This document shows, in pieces, positions 1 to 12,035 of a stretch of 64,000 nucleotides of DNA. The translations under genes and the position numbers were made by a program. Position 1 is the stretch's first letter; the number at the start of each line of letters is the position of its first letter. The notes below the pieces were generated by a model. It made no database searches and had not been told where the DNA came from. It saw only the letters and a program-made list of their open reading frames with translations. Source of the stretch: Macrostomum lignano. Its lineage: Eukaryota. The stretch is taken from positions 1 to 64,000 of the forward strand of contig NIVC01000576.1 in the NCBI GenBank assembly GCA_002269645.1. The letters run 5' to 3'.

Positions 1-1316
1 TATCATCTTAATGTTATCTGTATCAATTTAAAGAAAATAACTGTAATTTTAGGAATGTCTACATTGAAAATTGCCAAAATTTACAAATAGACAGATAGAC
101 TCTCACTTTGTATTTTTGTAAATGAATACCAAGATAGCAGAGTACAATTGAAAATGACTAAATAGAAATAATAGATATGGCATTCAAATTGCAAGGTAAA
201 CATATACTGCTACACACAGATATTGAGATATAAATACAAATAGAAGTAGATAGATTGTGCTTCCTAATTATGAGTAAAAAGGCTTTCTAAGGTGTCATTA
301 AATACAATAAAAGTATGCAATACCAGGATTCTTTTTGCTTTCTCCTAACCATGCAAACTGTTTCTAAGGGTTCCTGTTCCTGCCATACCTATTGTCTTTT
401 GCTAGCCCAAATAGGCATTCAAATATGATAACATTGGAGGAATATATTAAATACATTGGCAAAAACAAATTAGAATATTTATATGGATTACCAAACATTA
501 GAGCTCAAAATATACACATAAGATCAAAATTGAATATCATTACAAGCGAATTCATCAAAGATTTTCATACAAAAATAAACAAACTGCTTACTTAAGTATG
601 TTAGTTGGCTATAAATGGTAAAAACCCATATAATGAACTTAATAAGGTCTATACTTCTTTAGTAAAATCACAAGAACATGCAATAAAAACTACTCTTTGT
701 TTAGTATTTTTCTACATAATAACAAGTTTTGGGAACATTTACATGCTTATGAGCTGAGTAAACTTACACCTTACAGGAAATTTTGTGCTCATGAAAAAAG
801 TCAAAATGTAACATCAATAGGCATAAGTAAGTAACAATGCATTGACAGTCGCAGATAAAACAAAATAACAATATTTAAAATGTCTCTGAAAGAATGAATC
901 ACTAAAGATCAAAATGTTTGATCTTGTTTATCAGAAAACCTACACCTTACAGGAATTTTTCAACAGTAGACAAGTGTCATGCAATTAAGACAGGGCTAAA
1001 TAAGTTCATAAATATTGAAAACACAGCCGTAAAAATTTTCATCATTGTCCATAGACAAAAATAGTACACGTACACAAAGAGCGTTATGAAACAAAAAAAC
1101 GTACTTAAAGTACAAGTCAGAAAAATACGTTTTCGGTCGCTATCGCCACGATAAAAGCATAAGCTCTGGCTAAAAGTTTAAAGACACATTTTTCAATCAG
1201 TTTTTTATAAATAAAAGTTAAATTTATGTACAAATACTTCTGGTTTAACAATTAAATTCATGCTGAAAGAAAAAATTTGTTTATAACTTACGTATATTTC
1301 AATTTGAGATTTACCC

Positions 1317-3387
1317 TGACGCGCATGCGCGGATTTGAAATTCAAAAAAAACAAAGTCACATTCTATTTCGACAAAGGGATAAAACACAGCATATCGACG
1401 AACATAAGAGTAAAATGAAAAACAGGAGCAAGACACCTAACCATCAATTACCTGTCCACCAACGCAGCGAGGGACGTATGTAAACACATGGTTGAACCAC
1501 TCAATGCACTTGTTCACAGAGATGCAGCCAATGGTTCTGTCCACCATGTTGTACGAATGTCTCGCCGATAGGCCGCCATTGACTGATTCCCGTGCTGCTC
1601 AGCTATCGAAGCGATGAAATTTTGCTGGTTCCAGCAATTCATCGTCTTCTTCAATCTGATCTTCAGCATTCATATCGTTTCTTGTTGCGCAACGATTGTA
1701 CAGTTATGCAGTACAGGAAAAACAAAAAAATAGATTACTAAAAATGTACTTGTACCTATGTGCAAAAATCTCTGTCGAAATAGAATGTGACTTTCAAACT
1801 AAAGCCAAAAAAGCCCTAGCTGTCCTGGCTCAGACCAGGAGCGCCGTGGGCACCACTTGGGGGCTCACCCCAGGAAGCTGTGGTGGATTTACACTGCCAT
1901 CATCCGCCCCTCGATCAGTTACGCCAGCCTCGTGTGGGCTAGCGGCCTGAGCGTCAAGAGCAACCTCGACGCTCTCTACAAAATCCAGGGCAGAGCTTGC
2001 CGCATTACTATGGGCGCTCCACCCTCTACTCCTTTTGAAGGCATGAATGCCTTCCTCTGCACCCCTCCTCTGGATATTTATATCAAAGGAGAGGCGACGA
2101 AGAGCACCCGGCGTCTTCTGGATGCTGGGGTGGCCTTCAAAAAAGTGCGGGCCTTTAAGAAGCGGTCGCTTATCCCGCACTCTGACCTCTGCCTCAAGGC
2201 TCTCGAGGAGTGTGGCGGGCTCAACATCCTCACGGACTCGATCCCAGCCACCCTTCTCCTGAGCCAAAGGTATAAGGTCACTGTTCAGCCTCGACACGAG
2301 GCGAGCGACAGCTGGAGCGATTCTGAAGTCCACTGTTACACTGACGGCTCTATGAGGCATGGTCTTTCAGGCTTCGGAGCTTGCGTCTTCTTCAAGGAGA
2401 AGTGGTGTGGAGCTACTCCTAGCACACTGGGCCCAACTCCAGTGTTTTTCAGAGCGAGGTGCTTGCCATCAGTTCCTGCGCGGCAGAGCTGCGATGAAGG
2501 CAGCTCAGCGGTCGGAAATTTATTTTTCACTCTGACAGCCAAGCAGCCCTTCGGGCCCTCTGCCGCAGCACCGCCAGCTCCAGGTCCGTCCTGGACTGCA
2601 ACACCCAGCTCAACGGGCTTGCGCTAGGCAACCAGGTGGAGCTCAGATGGATCCCGGGCCACGCCGGCTTCCTCGGCAACGAGCGCGCTGACCTGCTGGC
2701 CAAGGCTGGCTCCGCCGGCGCGCTGCTGGGGCCGGGCCCGGGAGCCCCCATCCCCGCCTCGGTGATTAACTCCCGCGTTAAGCGCTGGACTGACTCCGAG
2801 CATCTCCGCAGGTGGCACGACACCCGGAATTGTAGGCAATCCCGTGCGGCCGTCCCCTGCCCCTCTCCTCTCCTGCGTAGAGCCCTCCTCAGGCTCAACC
2901 GCAGAGACCTCAGAGCAGTTAGCATGGCCCTCTCCGGGCATGGCTGCTTCTCTCGCCACCGGTTCCTTCAGGGCCAAGTACCGAGGAGCGGTGCCCCTTC
3001 TGCCGCTCAGGCAGTGAGAACGCCGAGCACTTTATCTGCCACTGCCCGGTTTTCACCAAGGCCAGGCTCACTCACCTCGGGCCAAACCCGGTTCTCTCCG
3101 ACGTTTGCAGGCCGAGAGCATCCCGCTGCTCGCCCGGTACCTCAGGGACACGGGACGAGCTGATCTCTTCCCCACCGCCGGTGAGGAGGAACGCGCTGCA
3201 GGCGAGACCGACGAGTCCCCCTGAGCGACATCACTTCGATGGAAGTCTTTGGTCGCCAGGGGCTAGCGGAATGGGCGGTCTCCTCCGCCTCCTCGCTGCA
3301 TCCGCCGGACGCCCCCTGCAGCTAAGTCAAGTAAGTCAAGAATGTGACTTTGTTTCTTTTGAATTTAAAATCTGCGCATGCGCGTCA
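1317..3387. mobile_element. MITE-like element (~530 bp) with ~57-bp TIRs, one TIR split by a LINE
   Basis: TGACGCGCATGCGCGGATTTGAAATTC...CACATTCTATTTCGACA (1317-1374) is the inverted match of TGTCGAAATAGAATGTGACTTT (1773-1794) plus GTTTCTTTTGAATTTAAAATCTGCGCATGCGCGTCA (3352-3387). An unoccupied homologous site lies at ~14980-15000. Confidence 0.75.
1795..3338 (+). mobile_element. 5'-truncated non-LTR retrotransposon (LOA/R1/I-group type): RT thumb, RNase H, CCHC knuckle
   Basis: Motifs WIYTAIIRPSISYASLVW, YTDGS, QSEVLAI, HSDSQAAL, WIPGHAGFLGNERAD and CPFC..HFICHC. 13-bp TSD AGAATGTGACTTT at 1782-1794 and 3339-3351. 3' tail (TAAGTCAAG)2. In-frame stops present, plus extra 1-bp deletions specific to this arm. 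Confidence 0.9.
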
Positions 3388-3569
3388 CTGGGGGACAATT
3401 TTGGCCACAGACAGTCTGATCGAATTGAATTTCGTCTGTTTCAATAGAAAAGGACTTTGTTTGATTTGAATTTCCGCAAGGGCTGATATTTCTTAAAGTG
3501 TTTGAATTGAAGTTCTGCTTGTTTCTTTTGAACAAGACTTTGTTCAAAATAGGAGGCAAAATGGTGTAT

Positions 3570-4070
3570 TTGAGCGGAAACGATAGGTGTGCGGGCCTGT
3601 GCGTTGTCATGGCCCGGCCGCTGCACATGACTCACTCGTTTGGGGTCGGCGAAGCCGTGCGAGACTGGGCGGGTGTCGGCTGACCTTGGCGGAGCATGTT
3701 CGATGGCTTTGGACCTGGCCACTTGCACCAGGGTCGGCAAGTTCGAGCTCTGCCGGCATAGTAGATGTGCGCATTGCAGACGAGTGGTCGCTGCCGTCGG
3801 CGTCGTGAGCCGGAGCGTCAGGTCGCCGGGAGAAATGCCGGGCCGGTTGCTGCTCTGCATTAGCGGCAGTGGACAACTGATTGATGTCGGCAAATGGTGA
3901 GGGTAGACCGGCCACTACGAGCATGCTGTCGGCGATCTTGGCAAAATTATCCAGCGGGCTGTGCTCATGTCCGACGAGTGCGGAGCGAATGTGGGGCGGC
4001 AACGCAGAGATGAGGCGTGACTTGACTATGGCGTCGTCAACCTTCAGGCCAACCTCGGTAAATCGGCGTT
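3570..4070 (-). mobile_element. Ty3/Gypsy gag fragment (mirror of 9276-9777)
   Basis: LPPHIRSALVGHEHSPLDNFAKIADSML and YYAGRARTCRPWCKW resemble the Gypsy gag core and knuckle. Confidence 0.55.
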
Positions 4071-4077
4071 CTATTTT

Positions 4078-4420
4078 GTTGCGGGAGTGTGGCGGGAGTG
4101 TCCTTCATACTTTTCCAAAGGACGATGAAATAAGGAAAAAGTTGCTGATAGCGCTGAGAAGAAAATATTTTGAGCCATCGCCATCCACGCAAGTCTGCTC
4201 AATGCATTTGAGGAATCTTGCTTCAAAAAGCAATTTGCAGGCTTTCTGCCTAGCGTCAAAAGACGGCTATATCCAAATGCCGTTCCTTCCATCTTCCCAG
4301 CTTTCCCTGACCATCTGCTGCCGAAAGCTGAAAAGAAACGGAAGACTCCCACCGCAGCCGCAGCTCGCGAAGTTGATTTCGCTGCATTTTGTAAATCAAA
4401 AGAGAGCAGCGAGCCGGAAG
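4078..4420 (+). mobile_element. Frameshifted THAP-domain remnant (mirror of 8926-9268)
   Basis: LHTFPKDDEIRKKLLIALRRKYFEPSPSTQVCSMHL followed, in a shifted frame, by RRLYPNAVPSIF (THAP AVPTIF box). Similar to the DNA at ~16760-16930. Confidence 0.7.
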
Positions 4421-5428
4421 CTTGCTTATACTTATTGGTCTGTGCTTCAAGTCAAGTGGTGCTACTTCTATAAGTCCCTACATGGGCCCCGACCCCCTCT
4501 ATAGGGTTTAGAAATTAAGCCAGAACAATAGAAATGGGCATAGGCTGAGCCTACAATAGTGCACGCAGCGCATGGCAAAGCTACAGCAGCTTCCATCAAT
4601 TTCAGACAGACATCAAATGCGAGGCGAATTCTTAATGAGCCCGGCGCGGAGGCCGCTCCTGGAGAGGAGCTGCGGGCAGGCCCGGGACCGACGCCCAACC
4701 CCGACTGGCGTGGCAACCGAGGGGCGGATGCGTGGGCCGGCCCGCACAGAAGGACAGTGAACTGAGCTCTCCCAGATGCTCTAACGCAACCAGAGTAATC
4801 CGCTAAGTCTAACCGTCTAGCCCTCGCCCCCGTAGTTACGGGCATGTCTAGTGCTGTTTAATTGCATGCGCTGTGTAAACCCCGCCGTCGTTAGGAAAGT
4901 GGTTCCCCACCTCATCAGCGGCAGGGAATGAAATTGGTAAGTTGTAGCAACGCCATTGGCAATTTTTTTCTTCTATTGATTTTTCTTACACTACTTGTGC
5001 AATCCATCACTATATACTGTATTGTTGGAGAATAGGGGAGTTTGAGAATCCGGTACTGCGAGGGATTCAGGTGGGTGAGGGGCGGAGAAACTGGGGCGAT
5101 GTACGCGAATGGTTGCTAGTGTAAAGTATAATAAAAAGCAACGCTACTGCCAGTCACTGTGCAGTGAGAATAACGCAAAGACCTCACTTGTCCGAACTAA
5201 TGATTATATATTAAACGAGTGCAGTTAGTCATCTGTTAGCTTACGGCGAGGGCGAGGGCGGAAAATTGACGTGAATAGTAAAAGTTAAGCGAGCAAGTAC
5301 AAGTCCGGAAGAAACATAATACAGGTTTAAGCTTTAGAGACGTTAATACAATAAGTGGGTCTGTTGCGTGAGCATTGAGTAAATAGCAGCGGGAAAAAGG
5401 AAGTGAGTGTACGGAATGGTTGGGGCGG

Positions 5429-5790
5429 AGGGGGGGCCGTAGCCCAGCGGTAGCGCAGCTGCTCTGGTGTGCCAGCGACCCAGGCTCGATTCCAAGTGCA
5501 GTCACATTAATTTGGGGCTAAATTGGAATCTCGGCTTGGCTCTGCTCGTGCAATTAACGGCCTTGAGAGCCAACCCCCCAAGGCGCAGTGAAGTGTACAT
5601 GCCTAAGGATAATATAAAGTTAGGGCCGCTGTACACTCCTGTGTGAGTGTGTGCCTGCGTACGTATCCGCGCGCTTGTATGCCTGCTCAGGGGAGTCGGC
5701 GGAATGGGCAGTAATGCCTCTCGCCGGTTGTGTGCCTATGTCGCTTAAAGTGCGCCAGGGTGCACACAACCCCCTGCCTCTAATAAAAAA
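5429..5790 (+). mobile_element. tRNA-derived SINE (~360 bp)
   Basis: A-box TAGCCCAGCGG, B-box-like GGCTCGATTCC, and TAATAAAAAAA tail. 14-bp TSD AATGGTTGGGGCGG at 5415-5428 and 5791-5804. Absent from the paralogous flank, where the target occurs once (19399-19412). Confidence 0.8.
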
Positions 5791-6067
5791 AATGGTTGGG
5801 GCGGGGCGTGAAGCAGACACGAAGAGGCGGTCAACGTTAAAAAATATACGTTTAAAACACCGTTCGTACTGTGTGCACAAACAATAATTGAATGGTAACT
5901 ATAAAAATAATAACTACTAAAAATCTGGATAAAAATATTTCATTCAAAGGTTCTTTTCTAAATATTACAATTTATGATATGATATCTAAAGACAAGGAAA
6001 CACCGTCACAAAGTAAAAAATTGTCAGGCACTTTATTAAGTTCACTTCAAACTTCACCTACAAAGCT

Positions 6068-6612
6068 CTAAATAGTGCTCTTAGGGATTGACACAATTTC
6101 ATGGCTATCACCATTGTGGCACTGCTCAGTGATTCCAACATTGTATATGCCACAGAATGCTGCAAAGGCCGCTCCAGTGCCAGCAGCCGCTGTTCCTGAC
6201 AGTCCAGCTGCTCCAATGCTCTGACCAACAGACACCACAAATGGGGTTGTTCCTGCTCCTAAAGATTGTATCCAGGCTGCAGTTGAGCCAGCAGTAATTC
6301 CAGCTGCTTTAAATCCAAGCAGACCAACAGCCCATGGTGCAGCAACAATGGATCCAGCAGTGGCTGCTCCTCCCAAAGCAATGCATTTTCCAACTCTCCA
6401 GTAATTGTAACCTGAGTAAGAAAAAAACATACAGAATGCCATGTGTAAAGCCATGCAAGGTGACTGCAACTGCCTTGTTGCAGCCAGGTGCAAAAATTTA
6501 GTTATACTGAATAGACTTACAAGTTTTGACCTGCTGTTCTTTGTCGCAAGCAAAACATGGTCCAAGTTGGATGGAAAGCAGAAGAGCCAAAACTAGAAGC
6601 ACTTTAGCGGGC
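6068..6612 (-). pseudogene. IFI27/ISG12-like gene copy lacking its start codon (exon 1 remnant 6521-6612, exon 2 6068-6411)
   Basis: Exon 2 encodes VAAPWAVGLLGFKAAGITAGSTAAWIQSLGAG..VGQSIGAAGLS. The GTAAGT/CAG intron matches the paralog at 18606-19161. The first bases of exon 1, including the ATG, are replaced at the palindrome centre. Confidence 0.7.
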
Positions 6613-6934
6613 CAGTGTTTTTAAAGTCTTTCTTTTCTCTTCCTATATAGTTTCATTTATATTGTGAAATGAACGACAATGCAGAGCAGTGCGACTGCGC
6701 GTCAGCACTGGCATCACAATATAAAAAACTATATAGTGAAGATGAAAAAGACTTTTTAAAATACACTGGCCCCTAAAGGCATTGTTATGAGTGTGAGGCT
6801 CACATCCGCCGTACGGAATATTATTCAAGGCAGGTACTAAGTCTATTCAGTATAACAATGCACCTGGCCAACAAGGCCACAGTCACCTTGCATGGCTTTA
6901 CACATGGCATTCTGTATGTTTTTTTCTTACTCAG

Positions 6935-7278
6935 GTTACAATTACTGGAGAGTTGGAAAATGCATTGCTTTGGGAGGAGCAGCCACTGCTGGATCCATTG
7001 TTGCTGCACCATGGGCTGTTGGTCTGCTTGGATTTAAAGCAGCTGGAATTACTGCTGGCTCAACTGCAGCCTGGATACAATCTTTAGGAGCAGGAACAAC
7101 CCCATTTGTGGTGTCTGTTGGTCAGAGCATTGGAGCAGCTGGACTGTCAGGAACAGCGGCTGCTGGCACTGGAGCGGCCTTTGCAGCATTCTGTGGCATA
7201 TACAATGTTGGAATCACTGAGCAGTGCCACAATGGTGATAGCCATGAAATTGTGTCAATCCCTAAGAGCACTATTTAG
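6935..7278 (+). pseudogene. IFI27/ISG12-like exon 2 only (mirror of 6068-6411)
   Basis: Identical translation to the left-arm copy. The upstream intron is garbled and exon 1 is absent on this arm. Confidence 0.65.
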
Positions 7279-7555
7279 AGCTTTGTAGGTGAAGTTTGAA
7301 GTGAACTTAATAAAGTGCCTGACAATTTTTTACTTTGTGACGGTGTTTCCTTGTCTTTAGATATCATATCATAAATTGTAATATTTAGAAAAGAACCTTT
7401 GAATGAAATATTTTTATCCAGATTTTTAGTAGTTATTATTTTTATAGTTACCATTCAATTATTGTTTGTGCACACAGTACGAACGGTGTTTTAAACGTAT
7501 ATTTTTTAACGTTGACCGCCTCTTCGTGTCTGCTTCACGCCCCGCCCCAACCATT

Positions 7556-7917
7556 TTTTTTATTAGAGGCAGGGGGGTTGTGTGCACCCTGGCGCACTTT
7601 AAGCGACATAGGCACACAACCGGCGAGAGGCATTACTGCCCATTCCGCCGACTCCCCTGAGCAGGCATACAAGCGCGCGGATACGTACGCAGGCACACAC
7701 TCACACAGGAGTGTACAGCGGCCCTAACTTTATATTATCCTTAGGCATGTACACTTCACTGCGCCTTGGGGGTTGGCTCTCAAGGCCGTTAATTGCACGA
7801 GCAGAGCCAAGCCGAGATTCCAATTTAGCCCCAAATTAATGTGACTGCACTTGGAATCGAGCCTGGGTCGCTGGCACACCAGAGCAGCTGCGCTACCGCT
7901 GGGCTACGGCCCCCCCT
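7556..7917 (-). mobile_element. tRNA-derived SINE (mirror copy)
   Basis: Reverse complement of 5429-5790 with the same TSD. Confidence 0.8.
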
Positions 7918-8925
7918 CCGCCCCAACCATTCCGTACACTCACTTCCTTTTTCCCGCTGCTATTTACTCAATGCTCACGCAACAGACCCACTTATTGTAT
8001 TAACGTCTCTAAAGCTTAAACCTGTATTATGTTTCTTCCGGACTTGTACTTGCTCGCTTAACTTTTACTATTCACGTCAATTTTCCGCCCTCGCCCTCGC
8101 CGTAAGCTAACAGATGACTAACTGCACTCGTTTAATATATAATCATTAGTTCGGACAAGTGAGGTCTTTGCGTTATTCTCACTGCACAGTGACTGGCAGT
8201 AGCGTTGCTTTTTATTATACTTTACACTAGCAACCATTCGCGTACATCGCCCCAGTTTCTCCGCCCCTCACCCACCTGAATCCCTCGCAGTACCGGATTC
8301 TCAAACTCCCCTATTCTCCAACAATACAGTATATAGTGATGGATTGCACAAGTAGTGTAAGAAAAATCAATAGAAGAAAAAAATTGCCAATGGCGTTGCT
8401 ACAACTTACCAATTTCATTCCCTGCCGCTGATGAGGTGGGGAACCACTTTCCTAACGACGGCGGGGTTTACACAGCGCATGCAATTAAACAGCACTAGAC
8501 ATGCCCGTAACTACGGGGGCGAGGGCTAGACGGTTAGACTTAGCGGATTACTCTGGTTGCGTTAGAGCATCTGGGAGAGCTCAGTTCACTGTCCTTCTGT
8601 GCGGGCCGGCCCACGCATCCGCCCCTCGGTTGCCACGCCAGTCGGGGTTGGGCGTCGGTCCCGGGCCTGCCCGCAGCTCCTCTCCAGGAGCGGCCTCCGC
8701 GCCGGGCTCATTAAGAATTCGCCTCGCATTTGATGTCTGTCTGAAATTGATGGAAGCTGCTGTAGCTTTGCCATGCGCTGCGTGCACTATTGTAGGCTCA
8801 GCCTATGCCCATTTCTATTGTTCTGGCTTAATTTCTAAACCCTATAGAGGGGGTCGGGGCCCATGTAGGGACTTATAGAAGTAGCACCACTTGACTTGAA
8901 GCACAGACCAATAAGTATAAGCAAG

Positions 8926-9268
8926 CTTCCGGCTCGCTGCTCTCTTTTGATTTACAAAATGCAGCGAAATCAACTTCGCGAGCTGCGGCTGCGGTGGGAG
9001 TCTTCCGTTTCTTTTCAGCTTTCGGCAGCAGATGGTCAGGGAAAGCTGGGAAGATGGAAGGAACGGCATTTGGATATAGCCGTCTTTTGACGCTAGGCAG
9101 AAAGCCTGCAAATTGCTTTTTGAAGCAAGATTCCTCAAATGCATTGAGCAGACTTGCGTGGATGGCGATGGCTCAAAATATTTTCTTCTCAGCGCTATCA
9201 GCAACTTTTTCCTTATTTCATCGTCCTTTGGAAAAGTATGAAGGACACTCCCGCCACACTCCCGCAAC
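8926..9268 (-). mobile_element. THAP-domain remnant (mirror copy)
   Basis: Reverse complement of 4078-4420. Confidence 0.7.
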
Positions 9269-9275
9269 AAAATAG

Positions 9276-9777
9276 AACGCCGATTTACCGAGGTTGGCCT
9301 GAAGGTTGACGACGCCATAGTCAAGTCACGCCTCATCTCTGCGTTGCCGCCCCACATTCGCTCCGCACTCGTCGGACATGAGCACAGCCCGCTGGATAAT
9401 TTTGCCAAGATCGCCGACAGCATGCTCGTAGTGGCCGGTCTACCCTCACCATTTGCCGACATCAATCAGTTGTCCACTGCCGCTAATGCAGAGCAGCAAC
9501 CGGCCCGGCATTTCTCCCGGCGACCTGACGCTCCGGCTCACGACGCCGACGGCAGCGACCACTCGTCTGCAATGCGCACATCTACTATGCCGGCAGAGCT
9601 CGAACTTGCCGACCCTGGTGCAAGTGGCCAGGTCCAAAGCCATCGAACATGCTCCGCCAAGGTCAGCCGACACCCGCCCAGTCTCGCACGGCTTCGCCGA
9701 CCCCAAACGAGTGAGTCATGTGCAGCGGCCGGGCCATGACAACGCACAGGCCCGCACACCTATCGTTTCCGCTCAAA
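9276..9777 (+). mobile_element. Ty3/Gypsy gag fragment
   Basis: ORF 9344-9739 plus a shifted-frame knuckle. Same orientation as the integrase at 15171-16275. Confidence 0.6.
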
Positions 9778-9958
9778 TACACCATTTTGCCTCCTATTTT
9801 GAACAAAGTCTTGTTCAAAAGAAACAAGCAGAACTTCAATTCAAACACTTTAAGAAATATCAGCCCTTGCGGAAATTCAAATCAAACAAAGTCCTTTTCT
9901 ATTGAAACAGACGAAATTCAATTCGATCAGACTGTCTGTGGCCAAAATTGTCCCCCAG

Positions 9959-12035
9959 TGACGCGCATGCGCAGATTTTAAATTCAAAAGAAACAAAGTC
10001 ACATTCTTGACTTACTTGACTTAGCTGCAGGGGGCGTCCGGCGGATGCAGCGAGGAGGCGGAGGAGACCGCCCATTCCGCTAGCCCCTGGCGACCAAAGA
10101 CTTCCATCGAAGTGATGTCGCTCAGGGGGACTCGTCGGTCTCGCCTGCAGCGCGTTCCTCCTCACCGGCGGTGGGGAAGAGATCAGCTCGTCCCGTGTCC
10201 CTGAGGTACCGGGCGAGCAGCGGGATGCTCTCGGGCCTGCAAACGTCGGAGAGAACCGGGTTTGGCCCGAGGTGAGTGAGCCTGGCCTTGGTGAAAACCG
10301 GGCAGTGGCAGATAAAGTGCTCGGCGTTCTCACTGCCTGAGCGGCAGAAGGGGCACCGCTCCTCGGGTACTTGGCCCTGAAGGAACCGGTGGCGAGAGAA
10401 GCAGCCATGCCCGGAGAGGGCCATGCTAACTGCTCTGAGGTCTCTGCGGTTGAGCCTGAGGAGGGCTCTACGCAGGAGAGGAGAGGGGCAGGGGACGGCC
10501 GCACGGGATTGCCTACAATTCCGGGTGTCGTGCCACCTGCGGAGATGCTCGGAGTCAGTCCAGCGCTTAACGCGGGAGTTAATCACCGAGGCGGGGATGG
10601 GGGCTCCCGGGCCCGGCCCCAGCAGCGCGCCGGCGGAGCCAGCCTTGGCCAGCAGGTCAGCGCGCTCGTTGCCGAGGAAGCCGGCGTGGCCCGGGATCCA
10701 TCTGAGCTCCACCTGGTTGCCTAGCGCAAGCCCGTTGAGCTGGGTGTTGCAGTCCAGGACGGACCTGGAGCTGGCGGTGCTGCGGCAGAGGGCCCGAAGG
10801 GCTGCTTGGCTGTCAGAGTGAAAAATAAATTTCCGACCGCTGAGCTGCCTTCATCGCAGCTCTGCCGCGCAGGAACTGATGGCAAGCACCTCGCTCTGAA
10901 AAACACTGGAGTTGGGCCCAGTGTGCTAGGAGTAGCTCCACACCACTTCTCCCTTGAAGAAGACGCAAGCTCCGAAGCCTGAAAGACCATGCCTCATAGA
11001 GCCGTCAGTGTAACAGTGGACTTCAGAATCGCTCCAGCTGTCGCTCGCCTCGTGTCGAGGCTGAACAGTGACCTTATACCTTTGGCTCAGGAGAAGGGTG
11101 GCTGGGATCGAGTCCGTGAGGATGTTGAGCCCGCCACACTCCTCGAGAGCCTTGAGGCAGAGGTCAGAGTGCGGGATAAGCGACCGCTTCTTAAAGGCCC
11201 GCACTTTTTTGAAGGCCACCCCAGCATCCAGAAGACGCCGGGTGCTCTTCGTCGCCTCTCCTTTGATATAAATATCCAGAGGAGGGGTGCAGAGGAAGGC
11301 ATTCATGCCTTCAAAAGGAGTAGAGGGTGGAGCGCCCATAGTAATGCGGCAAGCTCTGCCCTGGATTTTGTAGAGAGCGTCGAGGTTGCTCTTGACGCTC
11401 AGGCCGCTAGCCCACACGAGGCTGGCGTAACTGATCGAGGGGCGGATGATGGCAGTGTAAATCCACCACAGCTTCCTGGGGGTGAGCCCCCAAGTGGTGC
11501 CCACGGCGCTCCTGGTCTGAGCCAGGACAGCTAGGGCTTTTTTGGCTTTAGTTTGAAAGTCACATTCTATTTCGACAGAGATTTTTGCACATAGGTACAA
11601 GTACATTTTTAGTAATCTATTTTTTTTGTTTTTCCTGTACTGCATAACTGTACAATCGTTGCGCAACAAGAAACGATATGAATGCTGAAGATCAGATTGA
11701 AGAAGACGATGAATTGCTGGAACCAGCAAAATTTCATCGCTTCGATAGCTGAGCAGCACGGGAATCAGTCAATGGCGGCCTATCGGCGAGACATTCGTAC
11801 AACATGGTGGACAGAACCATTGGCTGCATCTCTGTGAACAAGTGCATTGAGTGGTTCAACCATGTGTTTACATACGTCCCTCGCTGCGTTGGTGGACAGG
11901 TAATTGATGGTTAGGTGTCTTGCTCCTGTTTTTCATTTTACTCTTATGTTCGTCGATATGCTGTGTTTTATCCCTTTGTCGAAATAGAATGTGACTTTGT
12001 TTTTTTTTGAATTTCAAATCCGCGCATGCGCGTCA
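9959..12035. mobile_element. MITE with LINE insertion (mirror of 1317-3387)
   Basis: TGACGCGCATGCGC at 9959 and GCGCATGCGCGTCA ending at 12035. Confidence 0.75.
10008..11555 (-). mobile_element. 5'-truncated LINE with RNase H and CCHC knuckle (mirror copy, fewer indels)
   Basis: ORFs 10926-11759 and 10122-10712 are one frame broken by two stops. TSD (AAAGTCACATTCT on +) at 9995-10007 and 11556-11568. Confidence 0.9.

Larger units (their letters stand above)
1..6612. repeat. Left arm of ~13.4-kb inverted repeat (mirror of 6839-13393)
   Basis: Base 1 (TATCATCTTAATG) is the reverse complement of 13381-13393. Paired ORFs have constant coordinate sums (6068+7278 and 3365+9981 = 13346; 392+12998 = 13390). 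The arms differ mainly by single-base homopolymer indels and a ~40-bp gap near 1040. Confidence 0.97.

Noticed and set aside
1830-2977. Minus-strand ORFs of 117-176 aa over the LINE (and their mirrors at 10371-11534)
   Set aside because: Antisense shadows of a GC-rich retrotransposon ORF.
5429-5505. tRNA gene
   Set aside because: The B-box is imperfect and no clean acceptor stem is evident. It is followed by a body, A-tail and TSD, so it is a SINE head.
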